Assembly: GCA_030264375.1 (NCBI GenBank)
Contig: JASCQW010000032.1
Coordinates: 38,513,229 to 38,577,228, forward strand
DNA length: 64,000 bases
Source: Carcharhinus longimanus
Taxonomy: Eukaryota
Reading direction: 5' to 3'
Shown: positions 1-12,800 of the stretch, piece by piece
Numbering within the stretch: the first letter of the stretch is position 1
Layout: each line of letters starts with the position of its first letter
Translations under genes and position numbers: made by a program
Notes under the pieces: model-generated
The model's input: only the letters and a program-made list of their open reading frames with translations
Database searches by the model: none
What the model was told of the DNA's origin: nothing

Positions 1-789
1 ATTCTATTTAGTATTGTGTTAGTGCCACACATCACTGACAGAGATACATGGCCAGTTTGGTATTAGCTATATCTCTCAGGATCTAGCCAACTTGATCAGC
101 AATGATACTACCAAGCAACACTTGCTGATAGGCATTAACATCTCCCTCCTAGAATGCAATCTGTGCCCTTGCTAACCTCAGAATTTCTTCCAAATGGCGA
201 TCTACATGCAAGATAACTGTTACGTCATCTGAGGGAGGGTAGTAGGGAATGGTCATTGAGAGATTTTCTTGATCGTGTTTGACCTGAAACCATGAGACTT
301 CATAGGGTCCGGAGCCAATTTCGAAACCTCCTAGAGTCACTCCATCCTTACTGCTTACTGTTAAGCTACCACCTCTGGTAGATGTATCCTGCTAATAGGA
401 GAAGTTATAGCCAGGGATGGTGATGGAGGAGCATGGAACGTTGTGATTCTCTGAGTAGTTCTATATAAAGTTATTGCTTGCTTATTCTGTGGGGCAGCTC
501 TCCAACTTCAGGCACAAGTCACCAGATGTTTGTGCAGGGGATTTTGCAGGTTGACTGGGCAGGATATATCTTGCTTGTTTCCAGTGCTAAGGTCAATGCC
601 AGGTGGTCCATTTGGTTTCATTTTAACCAGTTTCTTTCCCAATTTGTCTAAATGTGGATTATAGTGACAGTGTTACCTTGAGTTAAGTTTCTCTGCCAAA
701 TATGTTATTGTTATATTAACTTATTCTTAGATATTCTAATGATGAAAGCATTAAATCCTAATCATCTTACCATTAAACTATTTTTAAAG

Positions 790-852
790 TGCCAGAAGTT
801 CCTAAGAAGCCAGTTCCTGAACCATTGAAACCAAAGAAAGAAGCAGAAGAAG
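790..852 (+). CDS. TTN: Titin PEVK exon (63 nt)
   Basis: tttaaag|...|gtattt; phase 1-1; VPEVPKKPVPEPLKPKKEAEE. Confidence 0.92.
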
Positions 853-3800
853 GTATTTTTAATTTTATTATTTTAAGTGCTGGAAATATTTGTGTGAAGC
901 AGATAACTTGATGCTGTTTAAATATTAATATTTTGTTTTTGCTTCGTGCTTTAATATAGTTAGATGCATTGTTACTACCATCTCCAGCAACCACAACTAT
1001 CTTCATTTGTGCTAGTTATATTCCAACCCATAGCAAGCTCTTCCCTGATTCCCATTGACTTCAAACTTGCAAGGGCTCCTTGATGCCACACACTATCAAA
1101 TGTAGCCTTGAGGTCAAGAGCACTTGCTCTGACCACATCTTGAAATCAATATTTTTGACTATGTTTGGACGAGAGCTGAAACGAAGTTTGGAGCCAAGTG
1201 ACTCGCAGAACTCAAACTGAGCATCAATAAGCAAGTTATTGTTGAGTGAATGTTGCTTGACACTTGACAGCACTTTGCAAATGACTGAGAGTAGACTGTT
1301 GTGAGGAGGACTGTGGGTGTAATTGGCTTATTGAATTTTTCCTGCTATTTGTGATACGGCTTACCTGGAAATTTTGTACATTGTCCAGTAGACACGGGGC
1401 AGGGTAGGTGTAGGAAAATGCTTTGTTGAAATGGCGGCGCGGGCTCGTTGAGCCGAAGGGCCTGTTTCCCGTGCTGGGTTGTTCTTTGTTCTTCTTTGTT
1501 CTTTGTAGATGCCCAGGTTCTAGCTTTACTAGAACAGCTTGGGTAGAGTTATAGATAGATCTGAAACAAAAAAACTTCACTGCTAAAACCAGGATGTTGT
1601 TAAGGCCTGTATCAAGTGGCTCAACTTGTTTCTTGATATTATGTGGAATTAATCAAATTGACTGAAGATTGGCATCTATGCTGCTGAGACTTCCAGGAGA
1701 AGGCTAAGATAGATAATCCATGTGATACTTCTGGCTGAAGGTTGTTGCAAATGTTCCAGACTTGGCTTCTACCCCAAAGTGCTGAGCTCTGCCATTGTTG
1801 AGGATGGGAATGTTTCTCCTCCTCCTATTTGATGTTTTAATGTCCACGACCGCCATGACTGAATATGGCAGCACAGCAGAGCTTTTGATCTGATCCATTG
1901 GTTGGGGAATTGTTTAACTGCCTATCATGAGCTCCTTCCACGTTAGCATGGATATAGTCCTGTTGAAACTTCACAGCATTGGCACCGCATTTTTAGCTAT
2001 GTTTGATGCTGCTCTGGGCTGCCTTTCTGCATTCCTCATTGAACCAATTTTGATCCTCCTGGCTTGATGACAGTTAGGAAATGAGGGCTATGGTGGGCCA
2101 TGAAGGGTGGAATTCTCCCATGGCGAGTGCCCAGAGACACTTGCCCTTGAGCGATAATCAAGCAAAAAATGGGTTTCATGGTAAGGGGAGCGCTTGAAGG
2201 CATTGCGTGCTGGCGTGGGTGAGGGGCCAGAGCCCGATATGCACCATCACACCCCATGACAGCCAGAGGCACATCGTTCACCACAGTGCCCTGGTCTCTG
2301 GCGAGGTTGGCCGTGCTGCAGGTATCTTCCACAGGCATCTACGTTCAGACCATGACCAGGCTTTGGAGAGGGCAGACACGATGTACAGCAGTTGGCCATG
2401 GCTGATTTGGTGGTGGACGAGCATGGTGAATCTGTTGGGAACCTAAAAGTTGGAAACCAGCCAGCATAAAATTCTCCCAAAGGCAGATTAATGGCAGATC
2501 GCTGGTAGGTGGCACAAACACCATTTACATTCATTTACATCTCATGATTGCTCACTAAAACTATTGCCCATTGACATCCCATCAGGCCTTTCAATGGGAA
2601 TTTACGTCAGTCTAAAACCTGATTGCTAATGAGTGACATGCGTAAGTCAGTCCTCAGCTCACCAAAGAGTTCAGGGTGAATGTGACCACAGTGGTGTGCT
2701 GCTCCTGAAGCATTGCACACCACTCTGGCAGGACAGACTGGTTCCTGTCTTCATCTCCAAGCTGAGGCTGGTTCTCATGGACAGCACTGTACTGCTGGAC
2801 CCATTGACTTTCCTTTCTCATCATGTTGGATCAGTACTGTGTCTGGGCATGAGGAGTACAGGAGTCTCCTTCCCCCTGGTGACACCCAGCAGTGTCTATC
2901 TGGATAGCACTATGCTGCTGGACACATGCGGCCACCACAACAAAGGTCCAAAGTACAAGTGGGGGTGGAGTATGAGGTGAGGATGTGGGGTTTTGATGTA
3001 TTGAAGACAAGGAGGGCAATGTGGTAGGAGAGTAGTACAAGGGGTGTGGGAATGGAGTGGGCTCATGATGACTTGTACCAAGAAGGTGGATGAAGAAGAT
3101 GAACATTGGAAGGCAGAGGGAAGACCAAGGGGAGAGAGGACAGACCTCAACAAGGCTGCGTGAAAAACTCACAAGCAATGGCGTCAAGAGGATACCACAT
3201 TGTTTACTGGATGGGAATGCGTAAAGACTCCACATGTGGCGGGGAGAGGTCCCAGTGCGACATGGATGCCTCGCAGGTGATGGACTCCAGGAAGGTGGAG
3301 GCGTGGTGGGGGCGGGCAGGCAGGCAGGCAGGGAATGGTGATTGAATCAAGGAACAGAATTCTTCTTGAGTTTGTTAGCCTTTTTCCTCCAGGTTGCTGA
3401 CATCCTGCATGGTTTGGTGAAGACAGGTGGCCTGGAGGGAGTGATATGAGTGAGCTTGACTGGGATTTAAATATGGCACCAGGACCTTTAAAACAGCCAG
3501 GTGAGGGCAGACAGATGAATCAGCTGCCTGCACACTAGGAGATTTGGAGGTGAACTTCCCTGCGCAAAATTAATGACATTCCAAGTACTGAATCTTGGGT
3601 TGGGATCCCAGTATTCTGGCCGGTGGGACAATCACTGCCAGAACCACTCACCACCTCACTGAGTCGCAAAATGGGAGGATTCCACCAGAGTTACTGTTTG
3701 CTGTTGAATACATTCAGTCAATAGTGATGCTCCTGAACCACTATTGAAGATAGACACTGAAAGCTCCCTCCTAGAATTCAACCCGTGTTCTTGCTACCCT

Positions 3801-6800
3801 TTGTACTTCTTTGAAATGGTTTATGAAAGAGTACTACTCCATCAGCTGAGAGAAGTTGGTTGGTGGTAATCAGCAAGAAGTTCCTTGACTATGTTTGGCC
3901 TGATAACATGAAACTTCATAGGATGTGGAGTCAATGTTGAGGATTCCCAGTGTAGCTCCCTCCCCATTGTACACCACTGCACCAACATGTCTGATGAGGC
4001 TGACCTGCTGAAGGGACTGTACATAGCCAGAGATGGTGATGCTGGATTCTGGAACATTAACTGAAAGATATAATTTGGTGAGTGTGATTATTATGTCAGA
4101 CTGTTGCTTGATTAATCTGTAGATAGCTCTCGCAATTTTGGCACAAATTCCCAGATGTTAGCAAGGACAAATTTGCAGTGTCAGTTTGGCTGGATGTGTC
4201 TTTATCATTATTCTTGCTTAGGTCAATGCCAGATGATCCATCCATTTTATTTTAAACAATTTCTCCTGCAATATGTGTACATGAGAATAGACAGTACCAT
4301 TTTGCGTTAAATTTCTCTGCCAGGTAGTGTTATTTTAATTTGTTGTTTAGGTGTATTAATGATGAAAGCATTGTACCATAACCAACTTAATATTGTACTG
4401 TTTATTAAAGTGCCGCAAGTTCCCAAGAAGCCTACTCCTGAACCATTGAAACCTAAGAAGGAGGGGGTTCCTGAAAAAGGTACATTACTTTTTGTTGTTT
4501 TTCACACTAGAAATGCTTGTACGAGGCAAAATCTTTGTTCCTATTAAAGGATTAATATACAATTTGATGTCTTAATTGTTGTTATTGCTGCTACACCTCA
4601 CTTGGACAGTTGAGAATCTAACTTCAAGTCCCCAGAGAGGAAAATATATGCCAGAATTATTGCATCAGCTCATTGAAAGGATGACTGACATTGAAGAACT
4701 TATGAAAATTATTCAGATTGGACGGCATTGAGACTGACCCAGATTCATTACTTGCATCTTTACTAATTATAGTATCAGTATTATTTCATATTAACTGTGT
4801 TGTGTGTGTGTCAAATGTGAGTTTCTTTTTGTATAAATGTTCTTTGGTACTTATTTTAAAAATAATTGTTTTTAAAAGTGCCTGAGATTCCTAAGAAGCC
4901 AGTTGCTGAAGCGGAACCGGCAACTGTTCTGGAAAAAGTTGAGATTCCTGCACCAGAAGAAGGTAAAAACAAAGATTTAATAGAGTGGGGGGAAATGCAT
5001 CTTTGGCAGGGGTACATTATGGGTGTTAATGGATTGGACATCCATTACTTCAGCACTCAATTTCATTTTGTGACCCTGCCAAAATTAAATTCTCTTCCAT
5101 GTTTTATATAGGCACCTCTCAGAAGAAATATTTCTTTATTCTTCAAAGTTTCTTTGTTTTTACTTTTGGATATTTCTGTCATTTTCTTTGAAACGATTTT
5201 CTTTTGTTGGGGAAATGTTCATTGGTATGTGATGTCTTTCAATCGTCATTCCCTTTTCATTACTTTTCAAAGTCTTGCCATGTTTTCTGTTAAAACATAC
5301 ACTGTTCACATTGTAGATCTCAAAACATGCAAGCAGAATTTATATTGTAATTATCTAGTAAATGGAAAATATAAACAATGCGTTATGTTGATTACATGGA
5401 AAATAGGAATAAATGTAATAATTTTATCCTCAAATTTCTTCTTATGACAGTTTTAAAGGTGGTTTGAGGGGAGAAATGTTTGTGCAATGAAATGGAATAT
5501 TGTCCATTTCAAACACTCATAATTAGCATCAAGCACTCAGATAGAATCCCACCAACAATGCCCCTTAGGGATCAAGCTTAAAAGAAAGCATTCTGCCACA
5601 CTTCTTTTTTAAACTTCTCTGAATTATTTTGTTGGCTCAAAGTTAAATTGCCAATTTCATTTCACTAAGCAGAGTTCTGTGCTGTGGGCTGGCGCTCACC
5701 AAGGAATGTAGCTGTAGAACCTGCATACAAACAGCAGTTTTTCACTAATTCAGTCTGGGACTCAATTTGAATCTACGTCTAATTGGCTATATCGTTCAAC
5801 TTTGTCAGATTTTCTAAATTGTATTAAAACATAAAAGACACCTAGGGTAGTTTGATTATTTTTCCAAGTAAAATGCCTTGTAAGTTTAAGAAATTATAGC
5901 ATTCCCTTCAACCTTCCAATTGTATATGAAAAAAAAGCTGTATTGTAAATGATAGTAAACAACATAATTTTATGTTTATTCCTTTATTCTGTTTTCTGTG
6001 TTTTGTGTCACTGTACTTATGTTATCTCTATCTTACCAAATACTTAATTTGTCTTAAAAATAATATTTGAAGTGCTTCAAGTTGACAAGAGAGAAAAACG
6101 TGTACCCATCACTATTTCAAGAAAAGTCTCACCCACTTCAGAAAAAGATAGCAAAGGTACAAACCAGCCTATGAATGATGGTATTTGAAAAAGTGTGCTA
6201 GTGTGAGCATTCTTTTTTTTTTAACTGAATGTTACCAGTGCTTAGCTGGTTCATCAGAATTTTTCTTGCGTCACAGTGGTGTCCTTTGTTTCAGTGTCAG
6301 TAATGTAATTCAGTTATGTCTCAGTGTGTAGTCTTGAAATGTTTGTTCTGTTTTAGAGTCATAGAGGCATTGTAACACCAAAGGGGGCCATTGTGTCCAT
6401 GCTGGCTTGCTGTAGAGCAATCCAGTCAGTCCTATCTTCCACTTTATCCATGTAACTCTGAGGTTACTTCCCTCTATCCAATTATCTTTTGAAATCATTC
6501 ATCATCTCCACGACTGCCACCCTCACAGGTAGTGAGCTTCATGTCATTACCACTTGCTGCATAAACATGTTCTTCCTCATATCCCCCCTTTGTCTCTTAC
6601 ACCAAACCTTAAATCTGCCTCCCCTAGTCCTTGTACCATCAGCTAATGGGGACAGCTTTTCTTTATCTACTTTACTTAAACCAGTCATAATCTTATACAC
6701 CACAATCAGATCTTCCCTCAAGCTTATTGCTCCTAGAATAACCCCAGCTTCTCCAATCTAATCTTTTTAAATTAGAACCTTTCTGGTAATCATCTTTATA

Positions 6801-9800
6801 CCTTTTCAAGGGTCCTTCACAACCATCTTAAAGAGTGGTGACCAGAATTTAACACAATTCTCTAGTTGTGGCCTAACCACATAATTCTTCATATTTCCTT
6901 GCTTTTGTATTCAGTATCTCTAATTATGAAGTCCCTAATCCTAATGCTGCACTAACTATTCTTTCAATATGTTCCACCACCTACACAGATCTATACACAT
7001 GAACCATTATTTATAAAGCCCTTTCACACTTACCACAAACTATATAGTAGCTGCTAGGGGAAATAATTATAATTAATTACAATTAAAAAATGTATCTAGT
7101 TGCTTTGAAGAATCCTTTTGACAACATACATGTGAATATATGTCTAAAATCTCAGATGAATACCATAGCATCCAGCACCTTGCATATTCTGATTGGATTG
7201 AAGTGCAGCCGAGAGATAGCATGGCTGTTTGCACATATTCTGCATTGTTCTGCTTGGCAGCATGAAACTTAAGTACATTCCAAATAGCAGATTGTGCTAT
7301 TTAAAGTCATCCAACATGTGAATAGTGTTAATTAATACCTTGGGGATTTTCTGACCATCCCCTTGGCAGAAACTGGATGAGGGGGGTCAGTTAAAAATAA
7401 GGAAACCAACTTATTCCTAGGGTGCCACAGCATTATGCAGAAATGCATTTTAACCTAAGGTTTGTCAACCAGATTGGCATTGGCCTCTGGCTTTAACTTG
7501 CAGACCTTGCCCTGACATGCAGTTGCTCCTCTGGGCCTCACAAGAAAACCCTACATCTTGCCCCAAACTTTGCCCCAGTCAGTATGCTTTCCCCATTCCC
7601 CAACTGTCTCCTGATCAACCTTCCCCAGTGCTGTGCACTATCCTCATTGGTGGCCTCCTGCCACACAAACTGCCACCTGTGCCAGCCAGCTAGCTAGCTG
7701 GATCAGCTTGGAGGCTGGCAAATTGCATATAAACAAGACCTAGAAGTGAAATTTATTGACTGATGACATTCTGTTCACTCCAAACATGGGCTGGTTAGGT
7801 TGATTGGCCATGCTAAATTGACCCTTAGTGTCAGAAGGATTGGCAGAATAAATGCGTGGGATTGCGTGGATAGGGCATAATTGTTGTTGGTGCAGGGTCG
7901 ATGAGCTGAATGGCCTCCTTCTGCACTGTATGGATTCTATGATTCTATATTCACAAGCATCATGTCAAACAAGAATTGGCTTTAACTGCCAATACTGTTT
8001 ATCTTTAATATTCTGTATTAGCAACTTATTTATCATCTAAAGTATCTATTATTATTAAAGTCCCTGAGGTTATGAGAAGTCATATACGCGAAGAAATTAT
8101 AGAAGTTCGTATTGAAGCAAGAGAAAAAATTTCTTCTCCTAAAGGTATATCAAAATCTTTATGTCTGTGGATTGCTGTCCTCTTAATTCTTTTTGTGTTC
8201 CAGTGCCATGCTGGTTCTTCTACCTAAATATCTTTGATCCCTGTTGTTGTGTATTTTATGTCTTGATCTGCCTGTTGTTATGTTATTGTACAGTTGTGTT
8301 TTGGAGAATATTTTGATGTGTTGTAAGTGTCTGTAATATTCACTAAATTAACCTGAATGTATAATTTTGAGCCATAACAAGCATCTGCAAGACATCTTTA
8401 AAGTTCTGAAATGTCCCAAGCCACATTTCAAATAGGAATCAGGAAAATAACCGGAAAAGAAGGAGGAGTGGAAGGGAACAAATGACAAGTTGGTTGAAGT
8501 GATGGGATTCTCAGACAGTTTTCATGGGAAGAGATAGAATGTAAGAGGAGGGAATTCCAGACAATAGGATTTGAGTGGCTGAACATTCAGGAACTGGCTG
8601 GGTCAGGGGAGAAATGGATGTTAAAAAAAAATTCTATAATCAGAGGAATTGGGCACTAAGGTGGGGAGAGTAGAGAGCTGAAAGGGATTAGAGAGATGGG
8701 ATTGAGATCATGATGAGCTTTGGAGACAAACATGTGGGAGTTGTATCTCCTTAGAGTATTTTTTCATCAGCTGCCATTACAGTGACAGGCATTCAGCTGA
8801 AACTTCAAGATGTACAGAGCAGGAGAAATTCTAAAGACATTTTCCCAATTAGATTTTAAATTAAACACTTTGCAATTGGAAAAGAATGTAAACATAGGGA
8901 CATATGTACTGGATAAGTGAGAATTTGTATGAGAAGGATATTTGCAGCATAGTTTTGTACAATTAGCAGCAGTAGAGGGTGGAGAAAGGAAAGTCCGTAA
9001 AGAGAACTTTGGAGTAGTTGAGTGTGTTGAGTGGAGAAGATGTGTATTTGAAATTCAACTGAAAGTAAAATCAGCCTGAATCTATGTTAAATATATTTTT
9101 TTAACAAGAGACAGTCGCTTCATTGCAATTTTATTTTTGGACACTTGGTTGTTCGAGAAAATACTTGAAAATCTCAGCAGGTCTGACAGCATCTGTGAAG
9201 AGAGATGTAGAAGTAATAATTCGCTGTTATAGATTCTAAACATTAACTCTGGGCTGAATTTTCTGGCCCTCTAACAGCAGGCGAGGGAAACAGTGCAGTG
9301 GCAGTTTCCCACCAGCGTAAAATGATGGTGGGATCTTCTGCACGTCATGGTGGGTTAAAATTTCCACCAGAAATTGGCGTAAAACTGATTTGCATTGCGC
9401 TAATGGAATCCAGATGAAGCCACAATTGGAATTGCTCTCCCTGCCTGATCTGTGGTGCTGCCAATGGGAAATCTCGCCGATATACAGAACACATCTGGAC
9501 CAACATGGTGTACATGTCAGCATTTACCTGAAGGCAGTCTGAAAGCTCGCTGTGACCTGAAGAGGAGACAAAGGCCTCTAGCAACCAGACCCCAGAACAC
9601 CAGGTGCAGCAGTTTGAGGCAGACCCCATTAGGAAATNNNNNNNNNNAGGGGTGGGGAATATCAACCATGTGAATCTTCTCCATATAGCAGCTTCCAGGA
9701 AGTGGTTGTTCTCGGTGAAGCAACTCCTCCCAGGATTTGGATCTACAAGCTGCAGGTGAAAGGCTGCAGGAGGTACTGGTCTGTGCTAAGAATGGGAGAC

Positions 9801-12800
9801 ATTAGACAGGGAGGAAAGGAGTGAAGTGGTGGAGTGGTGGCAGGTATTAGGGGAAAAGGAGAGATTCTGCAACGGTTCTGGAATGGGTGAGCTGGTATGG
9901 AACAGGAGAGTGGGAAAGGTCCTGCTGGAGTGCAGGTGGGGGAGCATGTTGTGCATATATGAAAGGGCAGGGAGGTGGTGTAGAGGTGTGAATGGACTTG
10001 GGAGAGAAGAAAGAGAAGGTTTTAAAGGGAGAGGTCAGTAGAGTCAATGGAGAANNNNNNNNNNNNNNNNNNNNNNNNNNNNNNNNNNNNNNNNNNNNNN
10101 NNNNNNNNNNNNNNNNNNNNNNNNNNNNNNNNNNNNNNNNNNNNNNNNNNNNNNNNNNNNNNNNNNNNNNNNNNNNNNNNNNNNNNNNNAATGGGGAAAG
10201 TGATGCGGATTTTGGGGTTGGCAAGATAAGGGGGCATGTCACTCATAACAGAGGGGATTTTCAAGAAGGTAGAGAACTTTTACATTGACCTATACAGACT
10301 GGAAGTCAATAGGGGAGGGATGACCATGGGGTGATCAAAAGTGAATCCTGGAAAGTCAGTTGCAATGGGAGGAAAGATATGGGTGATGAGGGAAGGGGAA
10401 AAGGTATTAGACTCAACTTTGAAGCCATCGACAATCATGGCTGCCAACTATTATTCAGAGCCTCGTGGCGGAGACCTCATGATGCTGCATGAGGGTTGTC
10501 AGGTCAGGGGTGAGCGGAGCTACTGGTCAGCTCAACTGGACAACTGAAGGTGAACCCCAGCACATAGTGCTTACAATGCTAGGGCCTCAACGCAGATAAG
10601 AGTGTGAAGGTAAAAAGCTCAGTATGAATGGGAGACTTCTTACATATGACTCACAAGGATCCTGGCAAAAACTTTTTTGTCTCCCTGCTTGATTCTGGAA
10701 AATGTTGGGTATTTCACTCTCAAGTTTGAGGACTATCACTCTCAAACCATGTCAGCCATGATTAAAATGCAAGTAAACTAAATTTTTAAAAAGTACACTG
10801 AGCGTAACATCACAGTCACCTGTGCAACACTTGTGAACTCTGAACTTCTTAATTATTCTTTCCCCAATACTTCTATTTACTCCCTCAACATCTGCAGCAG
10901 GGGTGGCAGCAGCCTGCTGATCACTTGGCTCTGTTGTCTTGGATGGCTTTGTCACTTTTTGGGCCTTGCCCTCTTTCTGACACCTGTAAGTGAAAGAGGT
11001 GAAAATGGGTGACTGCATGAGCTACCTCCAACCTGGAAGCACTCTTGACCCTGAGCTTTTTATAACACATATTGATCATTATCCAATGGAGGCTGCAAGC
11101 CAGTCTCTCCATCTCAAATTGATCTAACCTGTCTGGCCCTGCCAGTTGGGTTGCCTACTCCTTGACGTTGATCAATTAATTTGTGGCCGACCCAGAAGGA
11201 AAAGTTCCACCCTGTTTCTCTCTCCATATGTGCTGCCAGACCTGCTGAGTTTTTCCTGTATTTTCTTTTATTTCGGATTTCTAACACCCACTGTATTTTG
11301 CTTTTATTTTATATTAATTACTGGCCTAGATAATCTGCCTGTAGCTATTAAAAATTTGTATGTAGCAATAAGAAAATAATTATTAGTTAGTCGGGAACAG
11401 TACCTGAAGCCATAAAAATACAAACAATTCCTTTTCTGAAGGAATTGAATTGAAAAACATTTATGCTAAACTTGCATTGAACTTTGCTCAAATACCCATG
11501 GAGTACTGTGCACAGTTCTAGTCTCCAAATTACTAAAGAATACAAAATGAAAATAAAATACCAAGCATGATACCAGAACTGAGAGGTCATATATATAAAA
11601 AAAAACTGAACAGGTCAGACTCTTTTCCCTAGAAAACAGAAAGTCGAGCGATGACCTGATGGAGGATTTTATAATTATGAAGTGAATTGATGGGGTAAAT
11701 AAAGTGAAACATTTTTCACTTATGGGGGAGTCAAAAACCAAAGNNNNNNNNNNNNNNNNNNNNNNNNNNNNNNNNNNNNNNNNNNNNNNNNNNNNNNNNN
11801 NNNNNNNNNNNNNNNNNNNNNNNNNNNNNNNNNNNNNNNNNNNGGAGAGTCAAAAACCAAAGGAAACAAATAAGACATAGTCATTAATAAATCCAATGGG
11901 GAATTTAGGAGAAATGTCTTTATTCATAGAATGATTAGAATGTGGAATTTGCCACCACATGGAATAGATCACAAGCATAAGATATTGAAAAGGGCAGCAA
12001 GTTAAGTACCTGAAGAAGAAAGATATAGAAATTTATGCAGGTGGAATTAGATGAAATAGAGTGGGAAGTGGCTGAGACATAAATAGCAGCTGAATGGCTT
12101 GTTTTGTTATTGTTGTTTTGTTACATGAAAATTGCTTTTACCATTATCAAAAACTGTAGGTTCTTGTTTTGCTCTTCAAGAAAAAAATCTTTAATGTGGC
12201 TTACAACAGTTTTGATAATGTCTTTAAAGTGCCTGAGATTGCCAAGAAACTTGTGCCTGAAAAAGTTACTCCAATCACACTTACAGAAAGCAAGGAAATA
12301 GCTTCAGTAAAAGGTACAGAAGTGAGAGTACTTTCACCTGTATGGTTTTCTCATATATGTTACTAATGGTAACTTTAATGTTCCACGGGCTTTTTCCAAT
12401 AACAAATAATATCATCTCTGTTTTTTGTTTTTTCATTGTTTTATGTGGTTTGTTCTGGTGATAATCTTGTGTGGTTTTATCTTTACATTCTGATTTTTGT
12501 ACCAGTCTTTGTAGTAGTGTTTTTGTATTTTATGTGTTAATATTTGTGTCATCTTATTCATCTTATTCTACACTCTTTTTAAACTTAAACTTGTATGTTT
12601 TTGACCTTTATCTAAAATTCTAAAACTTTTTCTTCAACCTCTGAAGCTTTCAAGAAGATTTTACATGAAGAGACTATTGAAGTTGACAAGACTGTTCCGT
12701 ATGAGAAAATTATTGAGCACGATGAGATGATCTTACCTGAAGAAACAATTCAAACTGATGAGACAATTTTACCTGAGGAAATTGAGCATGATGAGATATT

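Noticed and set aside
5450-5492. TTTTAAAG acceptor-like site
   Set aside because: The phase-1 frame stops within about 10 codons (TGA) and has no PEVK character.
8341-8440. PEVK-like acceptor context (CACTAAA...TTTGAG and TTTAAAG|TTCTGAAATG)
   Set aside because: Both candidate acceptors hit an in-frame stop before any donor, and the downstream sequence looks like a decayed repeat; at most a dead exon.
9160-11265. Inverted pair of short CTCAGCAGGTCTG repeats at ~9160-9205 and ~11217-11265
   Set aside because: Diverged copies of a common dispersed repeat with no exon between them; no functional claim can be supported.
11720-11865. Direct repeats flanking N gaps (also 59440-59660)
   Set aside because: Identical sequence on both sides of a gap is the typical signature of unmerged contig overlaps, i.e. 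an assembly artefact.
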